DNA of 64,000 nucleotides from a virus. Its lineage: Duplodnaviria; Caudoviricetes. Location: positions 14,362 to 78,361 of the IMG/VR virus record IMGVR_UViG_3300001335_000583. One strand, given 5' to 3'. Of the stretch, positions 55,548 through 63,918 are shown one piece after another (the first letter of the stretch is position 1; the number at the start of each line of letters is the position of its first letter). Under the pieces are notes generated by a model. The model made no database searches, was not told the origin of the DNA, and saw only the letters and a program-made list of their open reading frames with translations. The position numbers were made by a program, and so were the translations under genes.

Positions 55548-55818
55548 GTGGAAGTTTTTGTAAAGTATATTCCCTCTTAGTCTCCTGATCTGTCGCATAA
55601 TCACAATTATGGATACAGCTCTTACTATGTTCCGCAAAGTCGAGGATGATGCGACGTATAATGTTCGCTCTTTCAACTATAAATAGTATGTATTCCAGGT
55701 ACTAAATTTCCATATCGGGTGCCCCTCTTAAATTACAGATTGTTTCAGTTATGTATAGAGATCCTGAGTATAAGAATCAATACAACTTTACAAAAAAAAA
55801 TGATCTAAGTTCTTCTAT

Positions 55819-56015
55819 TGTTTGAACTATGTTTGAACTGCAAAGATAATAAAATTCTCTAGATACAGTGAACTTGGAGGGACTCGAACCCCCAACCTCC
55901 TGATCCGTAGTCAGGTTTTAACCACATTTTATCAAGGTTTTATGCCTGTTTTATAGGCAATTTACACTACCTTTAGGCCATAAATATTTAAAATGTTTGA
56001 ACCATGTTTGAACCA
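55819..56015. mobile_element. attP-like site: 3' half of tRNA-Arg(ACG) core flanked by tandem arm-type repeats
   Basis: 55868-55915 on - reads CCTGA-CT-ACG-GA-TCAGG, then a T-arm and acceptor 3' strand; the 5' half is absent. TGTTTGAAC(T/C)(A/G) occurs twice at 55819-55840 and twice at 55994-56015. Confidence 0.8.
55839..55848 (-). promoter_or_regulatory. Bacteroidota -7 element TATCTTTGCA
   Basis: Matches TAnnTTTG; overlaps the left arm repeat; no clear -33 box. Confidence 0.45.
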
Positions 56016-56032
56016 ACTTTTTTGATACTTTC

Positions 56033-56332
56033 TCATAAAGAAAGTTCCGTATTTTCTGAAGAAGTCTGGGGAGCATTTACTTTCTTAATCTTAGTATTGT
56101 CATTTCTTGACCATGCTGAATTCAGAAAGAAGATACCCCGTTTCTTTTTCTTTAAGGGAGTAAAGTTGACACTATTACTGCCATACCATCTGATCATTAT
56201 GGCACAGGGTGATCTGTTAATCACTTGAGAAGCCATCATAAAAGCATAAGAGAGATTTTGGGGACATGCTTTAACTGCTTTATAAACTTCTTTTTCTTCT
56301 GCTCTGGTCCATGCGTCTTTTCTTGTTGTCAT
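56033..56332 (-). CDS. Small Myb/SANT-like (RsfA-type) DNA-binding protein
   Basis: RKDAWTRAEE...INRSPCAIMIRWY resembles the RQDAW...LNRT.AAC..RW pattern. Confidence 0.55.
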   Translation of the reverse strand: MTTRKDAWTRAEEKEVYKAVKACPQNLSYAFMMASQVINRSPCAIMIRWYGSNSVNFTPLKKKKRGIFFLNSAWSRNDNTKIKKVNAPQTSSENTELSL

Positions 56333-56337
56333 AAATA

Positions 56338-57618
56338 ATGAGTATTAAATTAATATTAAAGTCTTCTAAGATTTATGCAAATGGTAAATCTCCTGTCCTA
56401 CTTAGAGTTATCAAGGACAGGAAGGCTAAATATTTTAAAATTGGAGATGACAGGTATACCTTTGAAGCCAAACAATGGAGTGATGAATTCTCTCTTCTTA
56501 AAAGGGATAAGAGGCTTACTCCTGACTATGAAGATCTGAATGACTTCCTTAGCTCTAAATTCAAGCAAGCACAGGCTCTGATAGAAAAGTATGAAAAGAG
56601 TGGAAAGAGCTGGACCCTGGAGATGTTTGAAGCAGATTTCTTAAACTCCTTAAATACCTTATTAATTAAGGATTTTATACAGTTAAGGATTAAGGAAATT
56701 ACTAAATTAGGTAAGTATAAATCTGCGCAAATACTAAGTGAATTGCTAATACTGCTCCAAGCATTTTACTCAAATAGCTCTAAGTTAAGTGCTTCCAGTA
56801 TAGATTACAAGTTTATAGAGGCGTTTCATTACTATCTACATGCTGAACGTGGCAATAGTAATACCACGATAGGTATCTACCTCAGAGCTTTGAGATCTGT
56901 TCTAAATGAGGCAATTAACAGAGGAATTGGAAATAAAGATACCTACCCCTTTTCTAAAATGTACGGAGCTACCAAGGTTTTTAAAATCTCTCAGCTCAAG
57001 ACATCAAAGAAAAAGAAATACATTCCAAAGGAATATATCTTAAAATTGTACCATACACCATTTGATAAGCCCCATTTGAACTGGGCAAAGAACCTGTTCT
57101 TATTCTCATTCTTTGCAGGTGGCATTAACTTCAAGGACATGGCATATCTCACGGATAAAAACTTAAAGAAGCAGGTGACTGAGAATATTGAGATTGAATG
57201 TATCTGTTTTAATCGAAGTAAAACAAATGAATACATTCAAATACCTGTCTCTAAATATACCAGCGAGATCTTACAATGGGGTTATCTTAACAGTACAAAT
57301 AATAATAGGTATCTTTTGCCTATTATTTCCAATTTAAAAGTGAGTGGGGTAGCTCTTAATAATCATATATCACAAAAAAGAAAGAGACTCAACAATAATC
57401 TGAAGACTATTGCCAAATCTCTCTCTTTTCCCGAAGGATTGCTTAATATTACTACCTACTATGCCAGGCACTCTTATGCTACCACTCTTTTAAAGAAGGG
57501 AGCACAGGTTGAACTTATCAGGGAGGCACTGGGGCATAAAAACATCAAGACCACCCAGGATTACCTGGATAGCTTTGGGGATGAAACTTTATTAAGGTTT
57601 AATGAAGATATTTTGTAA
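56338..57618 (+). CDS. int: Tyrosine integrase (Bacteroidota type: arm-binding + SAM-like + catalytic domains)
   Basis: NGKSPVLLRV N-domain; NTTIGIYLRALRSVLN; GGINFKDMA; YYARHSYAT; ALGHKNIKTTQDY. Confidence 0.92.
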   Translation: MSIKLILKSSKIYANGKSPVLLRVIKDRKAKYFKIGDDRYTFEAKQWSDEFSLLKRDKRLTPDYEDLNDFLSSKFKQAQALIEKYEKSGKSWTLEMFEADFLNSLNTLLIKDFIQLRIKEITKLGKYKSAQILSELLILLQAFYSNSSKLSASSIDYKFIEAFHYYLHAERGNSNTTIGIYLRALRSVLNEAINRGIGNKDTYPFSKMYGATKVFKISQLKTSKKKKYIPKEYILKLYHTPFDKPHLNWAKNLFLFSFFAGGINFKDMAYLTDKNLKKQVTENIEIECICFNRSKTNEYIQIPVSKYTSEILQWGYLNSTNNNRYLLPIISNLKVSGVALNNHISQKRKRLNNNLKTIAKSLSFPEGLLNITTYYARHSYATTLLKKGAQVELIREALGHKNIKTTQDYLDSFGDETLLRFNEDIL

Positions 57619-57626
57619 AGTCAAGG

Positions 57627-57842
57627 TTATTTCTTTTTCTCGCTGGCTATAATAAGCAATACTCCAGGCAAGAAAGTAACTAACCCAACACCAATATCAT
57701 CGTTGGAGTCCTCTTTTTCCTCACCGCAATAAGGGCAAGGCAATTTCATAACACCAAATAAATCCAATAGCTGCTGTTTTGCTTCTATTGGTTCTATCAC
57801 TCTATCATAAAGTGAATCTAAAATTTGGTCTATTTTTTCCAT
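57627..57842 (-). CDS. Small hypothetical protein (CPYC, C-terminal hydrophobic stretch)
   Basis: 71-aa ORF convergent with the integrase. Confidence 0.45.
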   Translation of the reverse strand: MEKIDQILDSLYDRVIEPIEAKQQLLDLFGVMKLPCPYCGEEKEDSNDDIGVGLVTFLPGVLLIIASEKKK

Positions 57843-58020
57843 ATCGCTACTGTATTTATTTGTATTCCATTATAAAACAATCGGCGGGGAGATTTTTTTA
57901 GCCTTCCTGAATAGCTGTTTATGCGGGAGGTTATCCCCGCGACTTGCCGTCTCAAAACAAGTACCCACCAAAAGTTTAAACTTCGTCTATATCGGGAACA
58001 TCTTCTACCGTTCCGTATTT

Positions 58021-58263
58021 TCAGGGGTATATGTTTATGTGAAAATATGTACTACAATAATTGGGATATAGTGTCTTTTCATTTGCTGAATGTTTACCAC
58101 TAAAGACCTTCATTTCTGTGTGATCAAAAAAGTTCTTAATAAAATAATGTTTACCTTTTTCATAATCTTCTACTGTCTTATAAGCACAAAAACGCCACAT
58201 AACAATAGGTATAGATAATGCTTGTTCTTCTGCTAAATCATAGTATTTTCTCTTTTTGCTCAT
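58021..58263 (-). CDS. Hypothetical protein
   Basis: 80-aa ORF. Confidence 0.5.
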   Translation of the reverse strand: MSKKRKYYDLAEEQALSIPIVMWRFCAYKTVEDYEKGKHYFIKNFFDHTEMKVFSGKHSANEKTLYPNYCSTYFHINIYP

Positions 58264-58405
58264 TTTATTTCATTTTTAAGGTTCAACAAATTCCCAAGTC
58301 TACTTAACTTGAATCATTAGATTTATAAGTTTTTTTCAATCCATTTACCTAGATAATCCTTACTCTTGTATAAAGCTGAATCATGAGGATGTCTCCATAA
58401 TGAAA

Positions 58406-58909
58406 TTACCTCGTAAAGTAAAGTTTAATGGTGATAGTATTGTCTGAAGACACCTTTAAGTAATCAGAATAAATACTCATATCTGAATTACTTTCATTAT
58501 TGTGCGAACTGCATGGTAACAAAACTGTACCATATAAAGCTAACTTTTCATACTCAACCAACACATCAGTAATAGGTTTACCTTCATTGTATTTCTTTAC
58601 ATACTTTTCAATAAAAGCTTGTGAAGGCTTTGGTAAACTTAAACTTTCATCTGTTGTAGCAATGAGTTTCTTACCTTTTGGTGTGAAATTAGTTTTATTA
58701 CCGCATTTACAAATATCATTTGTTAGAGTAATATACCAATCACCAGTTTTAATCTCATCATCAGATAAGATGTAGAGATGTTGCATTTCTCCTCTTGGAA
58801 TATCTTTACCTCTCTGATTATATACTAATCTCTTAGTATCTTTATACATTCCAATTTCAGTTGCTTTTTCATTAGTAGGAAGCATAACCACTTTACTTCT
58901 TTTAAACAT
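58406..58909 (-). CDS. Hypothetical phage protein
   Basis: VVMLPT...QHLYILSDDEIK.GDW...KLIATTD.SL.LP.PSQ.FIEKY pattern. Confidence 0.65.
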   Translation of the reverse strand: MFKRSKVVMLPTNEKATEIGMYKDTKRLVYNQRGKDIPRGEMQHLYILSDDEIKTGDWYITLTNDICKCGNKTNFTPKGKKLIATTDESLSLPKPSQAFIEKYVKKYNEGKPITDVLVEYEKLALYGTVLLPCSSHNNESNSDMSIYSDYLKVSSDNTITIKLYFTR

Positions 58910-58948
58910 ATTCTATTTGTTTTTAAGATTAATTCTAAAAATATAGAT

Positions 58949-59209
58949 TTATAATATTCTTTTAATTGGAATAAAATAAGCACTATTTCCAAATTTACTT
59001 TCTACATCAAGAATAGCTTCCTCTTTAAACCATTCTTTTTCCATTAATTCTTGACTTTCGGGCCATTGAATAACTACATATCCATTAGCTGTTAGATCTA
59101 ATAAATTATTAACAGCATCTATTGAAGTTTCTTCTTCTATATTAAAATCACAGATTGCTTGTCCAATAACTTCTATTGCTAAATCAAAATTTGATTGTTC
59201 TTTAGACAT
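58949..59209 (-). CDS. Hypothetical protein
   Basis: 86-aa ORF with WPESQELME..WF..EAIL motif. Confidence 0.6.
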   Translation of the reverse strand: MSKEQSNFDLAIEVIGQAICDFNIEEETSIDAVNNLLDLTANGYVVIQWPESQELMEKEWFKEEAILDVESKFGNSAYFIPIKRIL

Positions 59210-59849
59210 AATATTTTGTTTTTAAGATTAATATTAGCAGGTAATCACTCCCGCTTGCACAATGTAGTTAAACCATTAAGTCTATTTAATCCACCTCAGC
59301 ATAATGCTCCGGGAACTACTACTATACTACTGTTACCAGTAGCAAGGCACAGGCTGTTTAGTATAGTTTCATTTACTTTTACCCCAATTCTGTCTTAGGA
59401 TAATACACCTATGCTGCCTCAATTAAGCCTTACGGCACAATGATTACTTAGATTATATACTGCCTGAATTGCTCGTAAGCATTCAATTTAAGAACTCCTT
59501 TATAACAGTTTCGTACTATGTCAACAGTATTTTCATCATTGCTTCATATTTCTCTACCAAGCTTTTGCAATGTCATTTATACACTTGGTATGATATATTA
59601 CTAAAAACTTTTGATTAGTTGCAACTTATACATTCACCATAAGGAAAGCTCTATTATAAACTTTATAAGGATTTACTTGCTAACCTTACATTCTTATAAT
59701 TTCAATATATAATCAAAAGAACCAGCTATGTTTGGTTTTTCATTACTCTCAACATAGTACAACAAGTAGACTCAATCCTACTCTCTTAATGTATTAGATG
59801 TACTATATAAGTAATTATTTAAACATGGTTTTAAATTATATAGAGAGTA

Positions 59850-60089
59850 TCAATAAATAGTAAGAAATACTATTAGTATTACTACAGTAATTATGAACAA
59901 AAGTATTGCTTTTTTCTGCATTTCACTGTAGATAATACTTAATCTTTGTAATTCATTAACATTCGAGTAAGCATTTTGCTCTAAAGCAGTAATGTTCTCT
60001 TTAATTAAGCCAGCCCATACACTTAAGACAGCACCAATAGCTGTCAATAGGAAGATAGTTATTAATAAGATATAGTATAAGACATTCAT
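59850..60089 (-). CDS. Small two-TM membrane protein
   Basis: Two hydrophobic segments in 79 aa. Confidence 0.55.
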   Translation of the reverse strand: MNVLYYILLITIFLLTAIGAVLSVWAGLIKENITALEQNAYSNVNELQRLSIIYSEMQKKAILLFIITVVILIVFLTIY

Positions 60090-60349
60090 AATTGATTGAT
60101 TTAAAGTTATTAATAGTAAAGTCCTTTTCTCAGTATTTTATAGCCAGTATGTTGTAACAAGATGGAATCATCTAACCTGGCTAATAGAGGTCTACACGTT
60201 TTATTTAAATTATAGGCTATTAAAAGAAACGTTATCAGTTGGTAATGATTAATCATTTGATTGGGGGTTAAAGGAGGATTAAAATAGCAGGAGGACAAGT
60301 TTTCAACGATTTTTAACTGTCTCTTTGTTACGTTCCTGTTATGTATATT

Positions 60350-60556
60350 TTATTTGTGAAACTTTGAATCACAACGGATGCAGTTAGATTCTTTATCAAA
60401 CCCATATAAAGATGAGTCTTCTTCACAAGAAAATCTATGGATACAACCAAGGTCTTCAAATCCTTTTATTACATCAGGATGTAGATATACCCTAAATTCA
60501 AGTCTGAGCCTCTTTGGGACTGGAACATCTCTGCGAAAGGTAAATAAATTATTCAT
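60350..60556 (-). CDS. Small hypothetical protein
   Basis: 68-aa ORF. Confidence 0.45.
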   Translation of the reverse strand: MNNLFTFRRDVPVPKRLRLEFRVYLHPDVIKGFEDLGCIHRFSCEEDSSLYGFDKESNCIRCDSKFHK

Positions 60557-60567
60557 ACTATTTAAAT

Positions 60568-60792
60568 TTAAGATTCAACTTCAACAGTACCAATCTTAGC
60601 TTCAGATTGATACTGGCAGAGAGGATGACCCATCTCGTCATACCAGCCATTAGCTTTAGCAAATTGATAGGATTTATTAATCTTATCTACTACTTTTTCA
60701 GCCTCTTCATAGGTTTTATGATAGGAAACTGGTTCAGGATGATATGGATGATCTGTCCAAACATGTACAGCTTCTACTACATATATTTTCAT
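60568..60792 (-). CDS. Small hypothetical protein
   Basis: Likely start MKIYVVE (ATG 60792). Confidence 0.55.
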   Translation of the reverse strand: MKIYVVEAVHVWTDHPYHPEPVSYHKTYEEAEKVVDKINKSYQFAKANGWYDEMGHPLCQYQSEAKIGTVEVES

Positions 60793-61117
60793 AACGGTAG
60801 GTTTTAAATAAGTAAAATATTTTATAATAATATATATTTGAGGTGAGCAGAGGGTAGGGGGGAAAGGATGGATAAGTGGGAGGGTTTTATTATCACCCAC
60901 AGTATCAAGCACTTAGCTAACATTTAATTGAACATATGTTCAATATAAAGATAAGCTAAAATTATACTTTTCCGACATTTAACCATTTAAACTATATGAA
61001 TTTAACCTAAATTTAACTCTAAGTAGTAGCCAGTAGCTTTAAAAAATACAGCTATACTATAAAGAGAAAGAGTAAGAGTAGAGTTACTTACTAACCCTAC
61101 TCCTACCCTATAACTTG

Positions 61118-61411
61118 TTACTCAACTTCTTGAGCTTTATAACAAGTCTTATCACCAGGCCTGTCCAGAGCCAAGATCTCTACCTTAGCAGGATCTACTG
61201 ACTCACCAATGCCTAACTTGCTGTCCCTGCCAAGAGGTACATACCTACTCCTACCTGACTTCATAGTGAAGCAGATACTTGGGCCAAACTCACCTCTTTC
61301 AACTACTGCAGCAGAAGCCACATTAGCTAAATCAGAAGCAGCCAATTTTTCACGCTTGGTAATGGTATAGCTTCCACCATACTCTTTACCTGAATTCAAA
61401 AATAAACTCAT
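61118..61411 (-). CDS. Small conserved crAss-like beta-rich early protein
   Basis: SICFTMKSG..RYVPL.RDS.L.IGESVD pattern. Confidence 0.65.
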   Translation of the reverse strand: MSLFLNSGKEYGGSYTITKREKLAASDLANVASAAVVERGEFGPSICFTMKSGRSRYVPLGRDSKLGIGESVDPAKVEILALDRPGDKTCYKAQEVE

Positions 61412-61982
61412 AATAAAACTATTTTAGGTTAATACTCAATTAATTAGCAGACAGTATTACTATATACACGCTGCAAAGAATGGAAAGGATGTTGTGTTGT
61501 TTTTAATTAAAAAGAATAAGACCCTGTCATTACAACAGAGTCTTATTTATCTAAGGCTACTATGGCATCTTATGAAAGTGCTTCCTGTAATAGCATAAAA
61601 TATACAGAGTACTTATCTATTTTATTTTTTATATATACAGGATCTGTTATTTCTGAGCCCTGTCAGTAACTGCTACAGTACTGAATGGGATGAGTTAACT
61701 GGTTAGGAGCATTATCTACTTGCACAACTTCATCTGTACTGAACATACAGAATAGCACACTATTACTCCTTTTAATGTCTCTAATTGCAACCCTTTTAGT
61801 TTTGGCTGCTAAAGCATTTTGATCTCTTTTCATGATAAATATTTTAATAGATTATACTCTCCAAACACATAGCTACAAGCAGTATAATAAGAAATATAAC
61901 TGCTTGTAAGATTAACTTTCTTTTACTCATAACATATCATTTTATTATACCGAAGAAAAGAGGGAATGTGGTGTTGTTTTTA

Positions 61983-62007
61983 AAAAGAAAAGCCCCACAA
62001 GGGGGCT
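61983..62007 (-). terminator. Intrinsic terminator
   Basis: On -: AGCCCC-CTTGT-GGGGCT-TTTCTTTTT directly after the stop at 62016. Confidence 0.7.
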
Positions 62008-62015
62008 GGATGCCC

Positions 62016-62360
62016 CTAGAATGGAGCATCCTCAGAGATGATAGCTACCAGGATTTCCTTGCCTTCCCTGGCTTTTCTCTGGATGAGCAGAGTGGTAGGA
62101 TCTATCTCTTCATTGTGTGCAACAGCCTGTTGAGTCTTGTAGCCCAGGCGTAGCCAGGTCTTGTAGGACTTGTTGTTGACTTGGAACTTCAGCAGGAGGG
62201 ACTTGTGCCTCTTGCCATCTTTTTCAAACTCTCTGATGCCACAGGTGGTTAGAGCCTGGATTTCCTTGGGTTGTAATGGGAAAGGGTTTCCTACATTTTC
62301 CCAAGAGATGTCTTCAATCAGGGTCAAGCCTGATGCGGTTACAAATGTTGCTGCTGCCAT
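62016..62360 (-). CDS. Small beta-rich early protein with an SSB-like C-terminal tip (EDAPF)
   Basis: 114-aa first gene of the - strand arm; strand pattern resembles 61118-61411. Confidence 0.6.
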   Translation of the reverse strand: MAAATFVTASGLTLIEDISWENVGNPFPLQPKEIQALTTCGIREFEKDGKRHKSLLLKFQVNNKSYKTWLRLGYKTQQAVAHNEEIDPTTLLIQRKAREGKEILVAIISEDAPF

Positions 62361-63161
62361 AGTATTTAGCCTCTAATGTTTAGACAGGTAATGGGCCAGA
62401 CCTGTTGGATTAATTGGAGGCGGGGGATATCCCCACTTCAAAAAAAGGACGGGGGTGTTGTGTTGTTTATAAAACACTCCCATGTACATAAAAAAATTTT
62501 GAAAAAAATTTTATAAACCACTCATGCAGATGAAAAAAAATCTCAGATAATCCCCTTCCTGTAAATGCAAAAAAAAATAGTGCGAGTAACTTTAAGATGT
62601 TTCCATATACAAAAAAAGTTACTCTCACTCCTAATTACTTTTAAAGGCTGTGCACCAAACTCAAGGGGAATTCTATATACTAAAAAAGTTTGCTGCACAG
62701 GTTGGTATGGATATTTTGGAGAAACAGGACACTTAGCATCCTTTATATTAATAAATTAAGAAATCTATTTATATTGTTAATAACTTTCCATTTATTCATT
62801 TGCATATGTTATTTTTTTTACATAATATTGCAGCATGTTAAAAGCATGCATTCTGTGGTATGCTTTTTCCTGAGACAAATAGTCAAAAGGTCCTTGAAAG
62901 ATTGGTCAGATTAGCACACCTACACAGATGCGAAAAGGTACAGGATAAAGTGCTCTAGGGATATTAAGGGGTTAGAAGTAGACGGGTCTGACTGCAACAT
63001 CAAGGATTTAGGTACATATAAGACTATCAAGTAGTTGAAGTTGTACTCAGTGAGGATGATACCTTGGTCGAGGACCCCTTGTATCCAGTAGTTATCTATT
63101 AAAAATCTAATATCTTATGTTTAAACCTTTTTAGTTTTAGTCTAGAGAGAGAGATAAAGGT

Positions 63162-63311
63162 ATGTCTTTTAGTAAAAAAGAGCTAGAGAAGTCCTTTAAT
63201 GCTGGTATGAAATATGGTATGGACTTCTGTTTGGCTATAGATGATGGAGGAGACCCCACAGAGCCTGATTTTAAAATATGGTACTAGAGGTATATTTCAT
63301 AGAGAAAGTAA
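63162..63311 (+). CDS. Small hypothetical protein (two in-frame TAGs, 49 aa)
   Basis: MSFSKKELEKSFNAG...DFKIWY(TAG)RYIS(TAG)RK-TAA. Confidence 0.45.
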
Positions 63312-63373
63312 TGCTAGAGCTTGTGAAAGTGTAACTACGACCCGGTAAGGTCGGGTCATTATTTTTAAATTCC

Positions 63374-63399
63374 AGCCCGGTTAGTCCCCGGGCTTTTTT
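63374..63399 (+). terminator. Intrinsic terminator
   Basis: AGCCCGG-N7-CCGGGCT followed by a T tract. Confidence 0.8.
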
Positions 63400-63464
63400 G
63401 TTTTAAGCCCCCTGATTGATTGTTTTTTATGATATAAAGGAATCACTTGACTCAGTGAAAAACC

Positions 63465-63474
63465 TGCAAAGGTA
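63465..63474 (-). promoter_or_regulatory. Leftward Bacteroidota -7 element TACCTTTGCA
   Basis: TAnnTTTG match back-to-back with the rightward tRNA promoter. Confidence 0.4.
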
Positions 63475-63515
63475 AGAAAATATTTTCATTTTATTTGAAA
63501 AAAAGTGTTAAAATG

Positions 63516-63547
63516 TTTGGTCATGTTAAATATTTTACATATCTTTG
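63516..63547 (+). promoter_or_regulatory. Bacteroidota sigma-A type promoter upstream of the tRNA cluster
   Basis: TTTG-N20-TATCTTTG, a full match to the -33/-7 consensus. Confidence 0.8.
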
Positions 63548-63641
63548 TGTCATGTTAACCTGAAATCATTCTCATGCACGATTTATAGTACATTGTTTTT
63601 GATATTTCAACATTAAGGATACTATTAAAAGTATCCCACAC

Positions 63642-63715
63642 GCTTCCTTAGCTCAACTGCATAGAGCATTGCCCTTCTAAGGCAAGGGTTACAGGTTGGA
63701 ATCCTGTAGGAAGCA
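63642..63715 (+). tRNA. tRNA-Arg(TCT)
   Basis: Acceptor GCTTCCT/AGGAAGC-A; anticodon arm TTGCC-CT-TCT-AA-GGCAA; T-arm ACAGG-TTGGAAT-CCTGT. Confidence 0.92.
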
Positions 63716-63746
63716 CTCATTCCCATACACACACAAAAATTATCTG

Positions 63747-63905
63747 ATGGATAAACCAGCATTGAAGGATGTGCACATTGTGCTTAAAGATGTAGAGATC
63801 CCTACCGAGTGGGATGATTTTAGTACAGAGACCCAGAAGTTAATTCTGATTCATTATCTAATTAGTAGTTTACATTCGGTGCAGATCAAAGTAATCATTT
63901 GTTAA
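63747..63905 (+). CDS. Small hypothetical protein between tRNAs
   Basis: ATG 63747 (the longer track start overlaps the tRNA); 52 aa. Confidence 0.45.
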   Translation: MDKPALKDVHIVLKDVEIPTEWDDFSTETQKLILIHYLISSLHSVQIKVIIC

Positions 63906-63918
63906 AACCCAGACACAC

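Larger units (their letters stand above)
61487..62471. repeat. Three copies of G(G/A)TGT(T/G)GTGTTGTTT(T/A)TA (about 61487, 61964, 62453)
   Basis: Read directly; each copy is intergenic and upstream of a - strand gene. Confidence 0.75.

Noticed and set aside
55410-55710. ~95-codon - strand frame starting MEI(TAG)YLEY...
   Set aside because: It needs TAG read-through in the standard-code region, runs through a terminator-like hairpin and has no motif support.
55868-55915. A functional tRNA-Arg(ACG) gene
   Set aside because: The D-arm and 5' acceptor strand are absent; it is better explained as an att core.
61487-62471. CRISPR array or mini-array
   Set aside because: The repeats are only about 19 nt, imperfect and ~480 nt apart with genes between them; there are no cas genes.
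62880-63010. Nested complementary segments (TCCTTGA/TCAAGGA, GGTCAGA/TCTGACT, AGCAC/GTGCT) suggesting a 6S-like RNA
   Set aside because: The helices are short and could be chance, and TAG-read-through frames also cross the region. I could not distinguish these options without covariation data.
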